Source of the DNA: Rhodospirillales bacterium
GTDB taxonomy: Bacteria; Pseudomonadota; Alphaproteobacteria; Bin95
Length of the DNA stretch: 64,000 nucleotides
Assembly (NCBI GenBank): GCA_038143065.1
Contig: JAYQLI010000035.1
Span: 320,001-384,000 of the forward strand
Direction of reading: 5' to 3'
This document shows positions 32,187 to 42,064 of the stretch, one piece after another. Positions within the stretch are counted from its first letter, which is position 1. Every line of letters begins with the position of its first letter. Under the pieces are notes generated by a model. The model ran no database searches and was not told the origin of the DNA. It saw only the letters and a program-made list of their open reading frames with translations. The position numbers and the translations under genes are program-made.

Positions 32187-33388
32187 AGATCTGTACTCAC
32201 ATTATCCCTTTCGTCACCTGGAGCTTGATAAGGTAAAATAAGGGCAGCGGAGACGATAAGCAAAGCTGCGCCAGCGAGAATAATAAGAATTGTTTCAAAA
32301 CCATCTCCATTTTGTAGCACATATGAAGCAAATGGCAGTACGGCGGCACCCAAACAAAGATTCAGCATAAACTTGATCGATAAGACTTTTGCTCTCCATC
32401 GGTCTGGAACGTACCGTGATAAAACTGCGTCCGTAATGGGAATTTGTCCGAAGACAACCGCCATTGCGATAAAGGCGGTGCCAAATAGTATCCAATTTTG
32501 CTGATAAGCCATGAATAGAATTACGGGTGCCTGACAGGCAGCAATTGTGACCAAAACTGGCTTGATAGGCCTTTGATCAATAATTTTTCCTACAGCTACT
32601 TGCGCAAAAGCAGCAGTGGCGTAGACGGCTCCCGCTAAAGCGCCGGTAACTGCAACATCAGTGGATATTCCTAGTAATTTAACTCAAATAAGCGGGGAAT
32701 TAAAAAGATTAGAGCACCGAAAACGAAACCACCTCCAATTGTCACTAAACCAAGGCTTAACAGTGCTCTTTGCCAACCTGGCGCGAAACCTACTAGAGCT
32801 TTTTCACGTGCTGAGGATGGCGGTGGAACTGCCTTTTCCCGACCTAACAAAGAGCCAATAACCAATTCCAATAAGTATGGAGACTACCCCAGGAATGGCG
32901 AAGGCGAGCCTCCAGTCATACGCCGCAAGGATGAATCCAGTAATTAGAGGTGCTGCGGCAACTCCGAGATTACCCCAAACCCCATTAACGCCGAGTCTCC
33001 ATCCAACCTTTCCACCTCCCTGTATTACCATACTGATCCCAACTGGATGATAAATTGCTGCAAAAACTCCAATCATTGCTAAACCAATTCCGAGAAGAAT
33101 TGGTGTTGAAGCAAAGCTGGACACAATAGATGCGCAACCAATTCCAATGAAAAAAACAACAATTAGATGATTTCGGCCGTATTTATCTGCGGCGTATGCA
33201 GCTATTGGAGCGCATGCTCCAAACAAAATTGCTGCAGGGGTTCCATAGATGATCATCTCATCATATCCGAGTCCCCAAGACTTGCCTGCATCAAATGCAG
33301 CTTTTGCGAAGATTAACATAAAAAGGTGGTCGACGAAGTGACCTAGATTTAGGAAAAGAAATCTCAGTCGTGCCGCGTTCATAGACAT
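32171..33388 (-). CDS. MFS transporter (split by indels)
   Basis: GHFVDHLFMLIF, AADKYGR, AAIYHPVG, GVWGNLG, FGQIPITD; many hydrophobic segments. Confidence 0.88.
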
Positions 33389-33454
33389 AGACTCCGCCGA
33401 TAATTTAAATCGACCTATTCTAAATTGAATTCTGAATGTAGGAAACTCAAAGAT

Positions 33455-33903
33455 ATGTCCGAAAGCTGGTCAGCTGAAACACTTCTTGCCCAAGCACTTG
33501 GGGAGGTAGAGGCAGAATTTGGTGGGTAGTACCACCCATTCATGTTTCTACGACTTACATTCGCTCCCCTGACAACAGCTATCCTGCTGGAATTGTATAT
33601 GGCCGTGATGATAATCCCACGGTTCGCGTTCCAAAGCGGGTTTTAGCTCGGATTGAAAATGGGGAAGAGGCGTTATTGTTCGCCTCTGGTATGGCTGCAG
33701 CTACCGCTGTCTTCGAGTCACTGCCCATTGGAGCTCACATAATTGCGCCACGAATAATGTATTGGGGGTTGCATAAATGGTTATCAGACAGAGCTGCGAT
33801 TAGACGATTTAGTGTAGACTTCGTAGATCTGCATATTCTGGGAGCTGTCGAGAAAGTTTTAAGGCCTCAAAGGCTTGACGTTAGGCCGATTCATTATCCA
33901 TGA
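33455..33903 (+). pseudogene. 5' fragment of a Cys/Met metabolism PLP-dependent enzyme (cystathionine gamma-synthase/lyase family)
   Basis: VPPIHVSTTY, YGRDDNPT, LARIENGEEALLFASGMAA, MYWG. Similarity stops at VEKVLRP (~33867); the ETP.NP and S.TK motifs do not follow in any frame before uvrC starts. Confidence 0.75.
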
Positions 33904-33911
33904 CTTAGCTC

Positions 33912-35842
33912 ATGGAAGATTCCGACTCTAAAGTTCAAATGGAAGGAAAGTTAGCTCCAAACCGAGCTGGCGCGGAAGACATTCTCTCCCCTAAATCTCT
34001 TGGAATGATGGAACTTGGAATAAGCATTATACAAGAAGTGGTGAAGACGTTGCCGTCTTCTCCAGGTGTTTACCAAATGTTAAATGAGCAAGGAGAAGCT
34101 CTGTATGTTGGCAAAGCCCGTTCATTAAAAAACGTGTGCCAGCCTATACCCGATTTGCACAACTTCCAAACCGACTGCGCAGAATGGTTTCCGAAACCAG
34201 GTTAATGCAGATCGTAACAACCCACACAGAAGTTGAGGCTCTATTGCTTGAGATCAATTTGATCAAACAATTAATGCCTCGATATAATGTTCTGCTGCGA
34301 GATGATAAAAGCTTTCCGCATATTCTTATCGCAAGGGATCATGAATTCCCGCAACTTGTAAAACATCGAGGAGCTCAGAAAAGGCCTGGAAATTACTTTG
34401 GCCCTTTTGCCTCAGCAGGATCGGTTAATCGCACACTAACAGCAATGGAGAAAGCATTTCTCCTGCGCTCTTGCTCTGACTCAATATTTAAATCGCGCAC
34501 CCGACCATGTTTAATGTTTCAAATAAAACGTTGTTCGGCCCCGTGTGTTGGAAAAATATCAACAGAAGAGTATGCCAGCCTCGTAGAAGAAGCATTCAAC
34601 TTTTTGACGGGAAATAGTCAGAACATACATGATACAATGGCTGAGCGAATGAATAACGCGGCTGAAAGCTTAGATTTTGAAACTGCAGCTGCATATCGCG
34701 ACAGAATTCGTGCTCTTGCACATATTAGCAGTCACCAGGACATAAATGTTGAGGGCGTTGGCGATGCAGATGTTTTTGCGATAGCTGAAAAAGGGGGACA
34801 AACCTGTATTCAGGTCTTCTTCTATCGTGGTGGACAAAATTTTGGAGGTCGTGCCTTTTTTCCAAGTCAGGTGCGGGACCTGGGCCCAGCTGACGCAATG
34901 CTTGCTTTTCTAGGGCAATTTTATAGTGATCGCTCTCCTCCATCTCAGGTGTTTGCATCTATAATGCCCAGTGAGGTGGATTTGCTGGAACAGGCCCTGA
35001 GCCTAAAAGCAAAGAGGCGAGTTCTTATAAAGGCACCAAGTCGCGGCAGAAAGCGACGAGTAATTGAGCATGCAAGTTCTAATGCAGAAGACGCACTAGG
35101 CAGGCGTCTTTCAGAAAGTGCTACCCACCGCCGGCTTCTTGATGGATTAGCTGAAGCGTTTGAGTTGGATGGAACGCCAGACCGGATCGAGATTTACGAT
35201 AACTCACATTTAAGCGGGACTAATCCGGTTGGAGGTATGGTCGTAGCAGGGCCGCTTGGTTTTGAAAAAAATCAGTACCGTAAATTTAACATCCGTAGTG
35301 CCGCAGGTAATGATGACTTTGACATGATGCGAGAGGTTATGTTCAGGCGGTTTAAACGGGCTCAACGCGCAGAGGAGTCGGGTGAAGAGGTTATTTGGCC
35401 AGATCTACTTCTGATTGATGGTGGTAAGGGTCAGCTGTCTGCAGTGAAGAAAACACTCTCTGAAATTGGCATTGATACTATCCCGGTAATTGGAATAGCT
35501 AAGGGTCTAGAGCGTGACGCTGGTCGTGAACGTTTTTTTGTGGAGGGTAGAGACTCTTTTCTTTTGCCTCCGAATTCTCCCGTTCTTCATTACCTGCAAA
35601 GACTTCGAGATGAGGCCCATCGATATGTGATAGGCGCTCAGCGTAAGCGACGAGCAAAGGCAATATCGGAAAATCCATTAGACGATGTACCTGGTGTAGG
35701 AGTCTCACGTAAAAAGGCTTTGTTACTGCGCTTCGGCTCAGCAAAAGCAGTATCAAGAGCTGGTTTTGACGATCTCCAGTCAACGCCAGGAATTTCCGTA
35801 GCTCTTGCTCAGCGCATTTATGAGCACTTCAACGGAGGGTAA
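33912..35842 (+). CDS. uvrC: Excinuclease ABC subunit C (indel in the A-run at ~34130)
   Basis: LPSSPGVY..LYVGKA (GIY-YIG), PRYNVLLRDDKSFP, RIEIYDNSH, LIDGGKGQL, RLRDEAHR, C-terminal HhH. Confidence 0.96.
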
Positions 35843-35872
35843 TTCATCTCCGGAGCGGTTTACAGGCTGGCA

Positions 35873-36614
35873 TCAGTACGTTGCACGACCGCCGGAGATA
35901 TCGAACACACCGCCGGTAGTAAAGCTCATCTCGGCACTTGCTAGCCAACAGGCCATGCTTGCAACTTCTTCCACTGTAACAAAACGATTGCGAGGAATCT
36001 TAGAGAGCATGTAATCGATGTGCTCTTGGCTAATTTGGTCAAAAATACGCGTTTTGCGGCAGCAGGAGTAATGCAATTCACTGCTATGTTATGGGCAGCA
36101 AGTTCCTTACCCAAAGATTTTGTAAAGGCAATTACGCCGGCTTTAGCTGCGGAATAGGGCGATGCATTTGATTGCCTTCTTTACCGGCTATGGATGCGAT
36201 GCTTACAATCCGCCCATAATTCCGATCAATCATCTCTTGTACTACTGCCCTCGAGCAATAAAAGACGGCATTTAGGTCAAGTTCAATTACCTTCCTCCAC
36301 TCAGAGATAGGATAGTCCTTAACTGCTAGAGAGGGGCCCGCGATACCTGCATTATTGATTAAAATATCAACAGGGCCATGCGCATCCCTAGACTTTGCCA
36401 TAGCGATTTCAATAGCGCTAGGATCAGTTACATCACATTGAACACCTAATGTGCCAACTCGTGTGTTTGCAGCAGTCTCAACTTCGGCTGCATCTATATC
36501 CCACATAGAAACCTTTGCGCCCGATGCCAACATTCTGTCAGCAATGGCCAAGCCAAAGCCCTGAGCTCCACCCGTTATAACTGCGTGGCGATCCCGAAGA
36601 TCAATTTCGTTCAT
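35873..36614 (-). CDS. SDR family oxidoreductase (2-keto-3-deoxy-L-rhamnonate dehydrogenase-like; indels)
   Basis: ITGGAQGFG, LINNAGIAG, SIASIAGKEGN, TTGGVFDISGGRATY. Confidence 0.8.
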
Positions 36615-36622
36615 TTCTTTTC

Positions 36623-37354
36623 CTAAATAGTAAGTCCACCGTCAGCAACAATAACTGTTCCAGTTGTGTAAGCAGCTTCATCTGATGCCAAATACAGTGC
36701 AGCTGCCGCAATTTCGGTGGGGGTACCTAATCGTCCAAGGGGCTGACGAGCAATGAAGTCCTTCCTTGCTTGTGTGGGATCATCAAAAGCATTGATCCGG
36801 TCATCCAAAGATGGAGATTGGACAGTACCTGGTGCGATGGCATTACAACGAATCCCTTGGGCAATAAAATCCCGAGCAACTTGCTTAGTTAATCCAATAA
36901 CGGCAGCCTTGCTTGCCCCATATACAAGTCGATTTGGTACGCCGGCTAGGTTAGATGCCACAGAGGCCATATTTATTATTGATCCTCCGCCCGACTGAAG
37001 CATTCCTGGTAAAAAAGCTCGGATTGTCCGAAACATGGATTTTACATTGAGATCAAAACCAAAGTCCCAATCTTCTTCGGTTGCAGCGATGATATCCCCG
37101 TGATGTACGTAACCTGCTACATTTGCCAAGATGTCCACTGGTCCTGAGAAATTGGCTAATGCAGAAACATTATTTAAATTGGTGACATCGCATTCGAATG
37201 TCTCCATACCAGATATATCACGTAGTTTTTTTGTATCAATGTCGCTAGCTATTACTCGGGCTCCCGCACTTTGAAAGGCTTCCGCGATGGCGCGACCAAT
37301 ACCTTGGCCTGCTGCTGTTACAACGGCTGTTTTTCCGGCAAGCTGAAAAGGCAT
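36623..37354 (-). CDS. SDR family oxidoreductase (BDH2 / 2-keto-3-deoxy-L-fuconate dehydrogenase-like)
   Basis: VTAAGQGIG, AGYVHHG, NRLVYGASKAAVIGLTK, PGTVQSPSL, FIARQPLGRLG. Confidence 0.88.
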   Translation of the reverse strand: MPFQLAGKTAVVTAAGQGIGRAIAEAFQSAGARVIASDIDTKKLRDISGMETFECDVTNLNNVSALANFSGPVDILANVAGYVHHGDIIAATEEDWDFGFDLNVKSMFRTIRAFLPGMLQSGGGSIINMASVASNLAGVPNRLVYGASKAAVIGLTKQVARDFIAQGIRCNAIAPGTVQSPSLDDRINAFDDPTQARKDFIARQPLGRLGTPTEIAAAALYLASDEAAYTTGTVIVADGGLTI

Positions 37355-37556
37355 TCACAAGCTCCATTCCTAAGATAGGAAAAATTCATCCAACATTTAT
37401 CTACATGCCGATTTTACGATACCTAAACGCGTTGATTTCATAAATTAATTTTTTAAGAGCCAAATCTGTTTTGATCGATCTAGTTAGACTTTTGACTGAT
37501 CGGAAGAATAATAATTTTTTGAATTTGCAAATTATCGAATTGATAATACTCGTTTG

Positions 37557-37598
37557 AAAAAAAAGCCTCCCCCTTTGTTTGGAGCAAATGAGGGAGGC
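37557..37598 (-). terminator. Rho-independent terminator after the peroxiredoxin gene
   Basis: GCCTCCC...GGGAGGC stem flanked by an A8 run on the + strand (U-tract on the - strand), 20 nt after the stop. Confidence 0.7.
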
Positions 37599-37617
37599 CT
37601 ATGGTCCGTAAGAGCTT

Positions 37618-38051
37618 TTATAAAGCTGATAAAACTTCGTCAGGATGCTCTTCGGGCACTACAGGGTCGAAAACCTTTTCGACGATGCCGTCTGGACTGA
37701 TCAGAACTGAGATACGTCTTGGCCTTTCCGATGAAGCATCAGCCGCACCATAAGATATCGACATATTCTTTTCAGTATCTGCTAGAAGATCGTATGGAAA
37801 ATCAAACTTCTCTTTGAATGCCTTTTGATCTTCTGGAGTATCAAAACTAACTCCAAGAATCACGACATTTTTTGATTGAAATTCTTGGATTCGATCACGG
37901 AACCCATTTCCTTCAATTGTTCACCCTCGTGTATCTGCTTTAGGGTAAAACCAGATCAGAACTCTTTTCCTGCCAAGCTCTCAAGCGTTATTTGCGCTCG
38001 ATCCTGGTTAAGAAGACTGAAACTGGGAGCTGTTTTTCCGGCCTCTGCCAT
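37618..38051 (-). CDS. bcp: Selenocysteine-containing BCP/PrxQ peroxiredoxin (in-frame TGA at 37921-37923; one homopolymer indel at ~37965)
   Basis: Reconstructed MAEAGKTAPSFSLLNQD...GKRVLIWFYPKADTRG[TGA]TIEGNGFRD...VILGVSFD...FPYDLLAD...RISVLISPDG. The TGA occupies the peroxidatic Cys position of PxxxTxxC. GGAG RBS before ATG 38051. Confidence 0.88.
37892..37920 (-). promoter_or_regulatory. Candidate bacterial SECIS element
   Basis: Directly 3' of the UGA: ACAAUUGAA-GGAA-AUGGG-UUCC-GUGAUCG, a GGAA/UUCC apical stem with a G-containing loop and a weaker lower stem. Confidence 0.5.
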
Positions 38052-38295
38052 TATTAACTCCTTTGTTCATCGATAGAAATATAGATAAACAAATTGGAAT
38101 TTTAATCAAACGTGTAATGTTGAAAACACACACCTATTGCTGCATGTTTTAAAAACAGGATCTTTTTCGTATCAAGAGATGCAGGCGGGGATCTTGGATT
38201 AATAAAAAAGCTTATTTGTAATAAATAAATACGATTTATTAGATATTTATACTATTTTTTTAACAAATTTATTTATTTATCGGAGTGGATTGAAG

Positions 38296-39317
38296 CTAGG
38301 ATAACCATGCTTCTGAGGCTTCTAAAATAGCATCGTCTTTTAGAGAACGGTCTACGTGTTTCTGAAAATGTTGCGCAGTTGATGTACCAAGTTGGCTAGC
38401 TGACCAAGCACCTTTCATGGAAGATTCTTTTTTCCAGCGCATAAAAAAACCAATTGTTCTTAGCCAAACAGCTTGACGAAATGGCTTTATGCGTTGTGCG
38501 TTAGTATCTGCCATTTTCTCTGGAACGCTTTCGAGCCAAGCTTGGGCGAATGTGTCTCTTTCTTGCGAACTGGGAGACATAGCGGCATCGGGATCCCATC
38601 CGGCAGCAACTTTAATTACCGTATGAGCTAGATCTAACGCGGGGCAGCCATAAACAGGTTTTTCAAGATCGACAAAGCACGCATCTCCAGACGGGCGAAT
38701 AATAAAATTACCAGGATGGGTATCGCTAACACATAGTGCTTCTGGCGTAAGCTCTGAGTGATCTTGAACCATACTGAGAACATCCTTTAGCCTAGAAATT
38801 ATTTCGTCCTTTGCTTTGGGGCCAATTTTTGTTTGAGGCAGGAACAACTTTAACGTTGTCTCAGCCTGCTGGACGATTGAAGCAAGGGGGTTTTGATGCG
38901 TTTCAATTGGAGCGCGGGCTTTTGACAGCGGTAAGGGAAGAGAATGGATCGCGGCTAAGCTGCGGGCTAAACAGGGAAGTTCGGAGGGGTTTTAGGAATT
39001 CTTCCTGCAATTCGTTCAACGACCAGTGCGCCTCGGGGCAATTCTTGGCTAATTGGAATGATAGTGAGTAGGTCTGGCGTTGCACCGGAAGCTTTAGCGC
39101 GGTCGAAACCAGCCTTTTGTAACATTAGCTGTGCTTCAGGGGTTAGGTTCATTTGGCTCAAACGCGGTACTCTAAGTAACCATTTGGATGAACCGAGCTG
39201 AAAATGTGAGTGTGAAACGCCGTTTCCCTGAACTAACGAGAGCTCATGAAGATCTAAATCATAATCTTTTAATGCTGTTTCTACAGCTTGTTTAAAATGA
39301 AGGGGTGTGTCAGTCAT
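38296..39317 (-). CDS. Aminoglycoside phosphotransferase (APH)/kinase-like protein (split by indels)
   Basis: G.G.SHSH, WLLRVPR, SDTHPGNF (Brenner-like motif), FVDLEK, G.PALDLAH. Confidence 0.8.
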
Positions 39318-39368
39318 GCCTAAAAAGATTAGTATTTTTATTAAAAATTCAGAAGAGGGTTGTGGGGG

Positions 39369-40037
39369 ATGTCTCTGGCTATAGTGACGCCAGTATTAAA
39401 TGGTGGTTTTCGATTTAACGAAATGCTTACTTCCGTGAAAATGCTAGCAGATGAAATAATAATTGTGGACGGCGGTTCAAGCGATAATTCCCGCCTAGTA
39501 GCAGAACAGGCAGGGGCAAAGGTTATTTCAACAACTAAGGGACGAGGTTTACAGTGCGCTACTGGCGCTACTTATGTCACTGCAGATTGGATACTTTTTC
39601 TCCATGCTGATACCACCCTCACTGAAGAGGCTCGGCGGGCTGTAATTTCGCACATTCGTGGGGGATCAAAAGGCGATTGTGCTTGGTATTTCAAATTAAG
39701 CTTTGATGATGATTTAGCTATATCAAGCCTTATAAGTCGTCTTGCAAACTGGCGGTCCAGATTTTTTGGATTACCATATGGCGATCAAGGTTTGTTGATC
39801 CATCGTGATTTTTACAATGAATTGGGGGGATATCGCGTACTACCCTTGATGGAAGATGTAGATTTTGTAAGGCGGATTGGTCGATCTCGTTTGAGGGCAA
39901 TGAGTGGACATGTGGTAACCTCAGCTACGCGCTACCGTCAGAGAGGATGGATAACCCGCTCGCTCCGTAACTTTTTATGCTTATCACTCTATCTCTTGGG
40001 TATTCCTCCCCGATGGATAGTACGGATTTATGACTAA
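39369..40037 (+). CDS. GT2 glycosyltransferase, TIGR04283-like (rSAM/selenodomain- or arsenosugar-associated)
   Basis: IVTPVLN, IIIVDGGSSD, GRGLQ..GA, LFLHADT, LPYGDQGLLI, LMEDV, TSATRY. Confidence 0.88.
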   Translation: MSLAIVTPVLNGGFRFNEMLTSVKMLADEIIIVDGGSSDNSRLVAEQAGAKVISTTKGRGLQCATGATYVTADWILFLHADTTLTEEARRAVISHIRGGSKGDCAWYFKLSFDDDLAISSLISRLANWRSRFFGLPYGDQGLLIHRDFYNELGGYRVLPLMEDVDFVRRIGRSRLRAMSGHVVTSATRYRQRGWITRSLRNFLCLSLYLLGIPPRWIVRIYD

Positions 40038-40656
40038 ATCAGCTCTTGGCACCGTCATATTATTTGCCCGAGTACCAAGACTGGGGCATGGAAAACAAAG
40101 ATTGGCAGCGGGTATTGGTGCTGTCAGAACAAATCAAATTTACAAGATTATTCTTCGCAAAACTCTCAGAACGGTATCACTTCAACTTGGTTGGAAGACT
40201 TTATTAGTTCTTGAGCCGGCAACGTCTTGCTCTAAACCAGGTTCATTATTTTCGTCGAATGGTGTGAACCGACTGCCGCGCCTACATCAAAGTGGACAAG
40301 ATCTTGGTCGAAGAATGGCAGCTGCGTTAAGACGGGCGCCACCTGGCCCCCGTGTTTTGATTGGATCCGATATTTTAGGTCTAGACCCAGGATCTTTAAG
40401 GCGTGCCCTGATCGCTTGTAGGCGCTCGGATTTTGTGTTTGGGCCGGCTGAGGATGGTGGGTTTTGGCTTGTAGGCTGCAAGCGACCACCGTCACTTAGG
40501 TGTTTTGATAATATCCGTTGGTCGCAAGAAACTACTCTAATGGAGACGGTCAGAAAGATGCCAAATGCTTGGCGTATTTCGTATGTCGATAGGCTGAGAG
40601 ACATAGATAAAGTTCAAGATCTATTGAATTCGAATGTTCGCCCTTGGATCAAGTAA
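40030..40656 (+). CDS. DUF2064 / TIGR04282-like transferase
   Basis: FARVPRLG.GKQRL, QSGQDLGRRM, LIGSD, VFGPAEDGGFWLVG, IRWS, LRDID..QDL; overlaps the GT2 stop. Confidence 0.88.
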   Translation: MTKSALGTVILFARVPRLGHGKQRLAAGIGAVRTNQIYKIILRKTLRTVSLQLGWKTLLVLEPATSCSKPGSLFSSNGVNRLPRLHQSGQDLGRRMAAALRRAPPGPRVLIGSDILGLDPGSLRRALIACRRSDFVFGPAEDGGFWLVGCKRPPSLRCFDNIRWSQETTLMETVRKMPNAWRISYVDRLRDIDKVQDLLNSNVRPWIK

Positions 40657-40691
40657 ATTTTCGGTTAGCGTTTGGTTTTTGCACATAGTCT

Positions 40692-41735
40692 CTAAAAGGA
40701 TGAAAATCCTTTGAATGGCGTATCTATTTGGTTCAGGTCTTGTATAAGGTCTGGGGGTAAATCAGAGGGTAATGCGGAATTTGCACTTGCATAGACAGTG
40801 TCGGTCATTGACCCTAAACGTTTTTCAATAACGCTTTTGATTTCATCGTGGCGACCAGATATCGCAAACAGCTCCAATACGTCATCCGAAACAACGTCCT
40901 GTAGTTTGTCCCATTCTCCGTCCTTAGTCATTCGGTTCAACTTCAAGCCTAGGTCTTTCAAGTCATGGGCTTCTAACACTGGATAGTAAGCGGGCGTTGA
41001 ACCATAAAATCCTACTCGATATCGGACCCATTCTCGAATTTCATGAACCTTTTCGTCGTTTGAGCCCGTGGCAATGAAACCACCACCGGTGATCTCAAAC
41101 GTTTCTCGCGAACGTCCTCCTCTTTCCATGCCTTTTTCAAGCTGAGGTAAAACGGTTTCTGATAAATATTTAGGAGTGCAAAAAGGATGCAGGCGGGCAC
41201 CGTCAGCTACTTCCCCAGCAACGCGAAGCATAGCAAGTCCAACTGCCGCCAGTGTTACAGGTGGTAGTCTAAGGCCAAGACTTTCTGGATTGAAGTATGG
41301 TGGCATTAATGTGAACTGGTAGTGCTGCCCCTCAAATTTAAGATCATCACCAAACCGCCAACAACGCCAAATGGCCTTTAGTGCTAGAATATACTCCTTC
41401 ATTCGAGGAGCTGGAGGGCTCCAAGGGACTGAAAATCGTCTCTCATTGTGAGCTTTAACCTGGGTACCCAATCCTAATATAAATCGCCCTCGGCTCGCTT
41501 CGTTCAAATCCCAACTTAAGTTGGCAGTTGCCATTGGTGAGCGGGAAAATGAAATCGCAATTGCTGTGGCTAACTCGGTAGTTTCCGTCTCTACAGCGGC
41601 TATAGCTAGAGGAAGATACGGATCGTGTTTATTTTCCATAGTTGTAATAATGTTATATCCGTCAGCTTCTATAGACTGGACAGCTGTTTTTACCTTTCTG
41701 AGGTCATCTTGGGGCACTGTGGTAGCAACGCGCAT
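40692..41735 (-). CDS. LLM-class oxidoreductase, TIGR03617-like (probable F420-dependent family)
   Basis: ENKHDPYLPL, IAISFSRSP, GRFILGLGTQVKAHNERRFS, FEGQHYQFTLM, FYGSTPAY. Confidence 0.85.
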   Translation of the reverse strand: MRVATTVPQDDLRKVKTAVQSIEADGYNIITTMENKHDPYLPLAIAAVETETTELATAIAISFSRSPMATANLSWDLNEASRGRFILGLGTQVKAHNERRFSVPWSPPAPRMKEYILALKAIWRCWRFGDDLKFEGQHYQFTLMPPYFNPESLGLRLPPVTLAAVGLAMLRVAGEVADGARLHPFCTPKYLSETVLPQLEKGMERGGRSRETFEITGGGFIATGSNDEKVHEIREWVRYRVGFYGSTPAYYPVLEAHDLKDLGLKLNRMTKDGEWDKLQDVVSDDVLELFAISGRHDEIKSVIEKRLGSMTDTVYASANSALPSDLPPDLIQDLNQIDTPFKGFSSF

Positions 41736-41811
41736 TTTAACTAATCCTTTTTACCTGGCACTGGTTATATATAAAGTGTCGACACCTAACTCTACGAGGT
41801 TAGATCTAAAA

Positions 41812-42045
41812 GTGGCAGGTTCAGAAAACTGGAAACAAGCACTGCCTCAGGATTGGCTTAGTCCTGATGGAGAGAAAGTCGCTTGCACTGAGAAGTTGAA
41901 GGTTTTAGAGGAAAATATTGCAGAGCTGGCTGAGCTAGCTCAGGAAGCATTAGAAGACGCAGTTATTATGGGTGTCGATGAGCGCGAGATTAGAGATACC
42001 CTATCGCGCCTCATAACTGGACTGATAAATCCATACAAGAAATAA
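41812..42045 (+). CDS. Small conserved hypothetical protein
   Basis: C-terminal part of ORF 41521..42045: W..PDG..VACTEKLKVLEEN..E...AQEALEDAVIMGVDE...L.NPY. GAGG precedes GTG 41812; the upstream part overlaps the LLM gene. Confidence 0.65.
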   Translation: MAGSENWKQALPQDWLSPDGEKVACTEKLKVLEENIAELAELAQEALEDAVIMGVDEREIRDTLSRLITGLINPYKK

Positions 42046-42064
42046 AAGTAGGCGCTATATCCTA

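Noticed and set aside
41521-41811. Long overlapping + strand ORF antisense to the LLM gene
   Set aside because: Only the part from 41812 looks like a real protein; the rest is shadow frame. The same applies to the many short antisense ORFs in the track.
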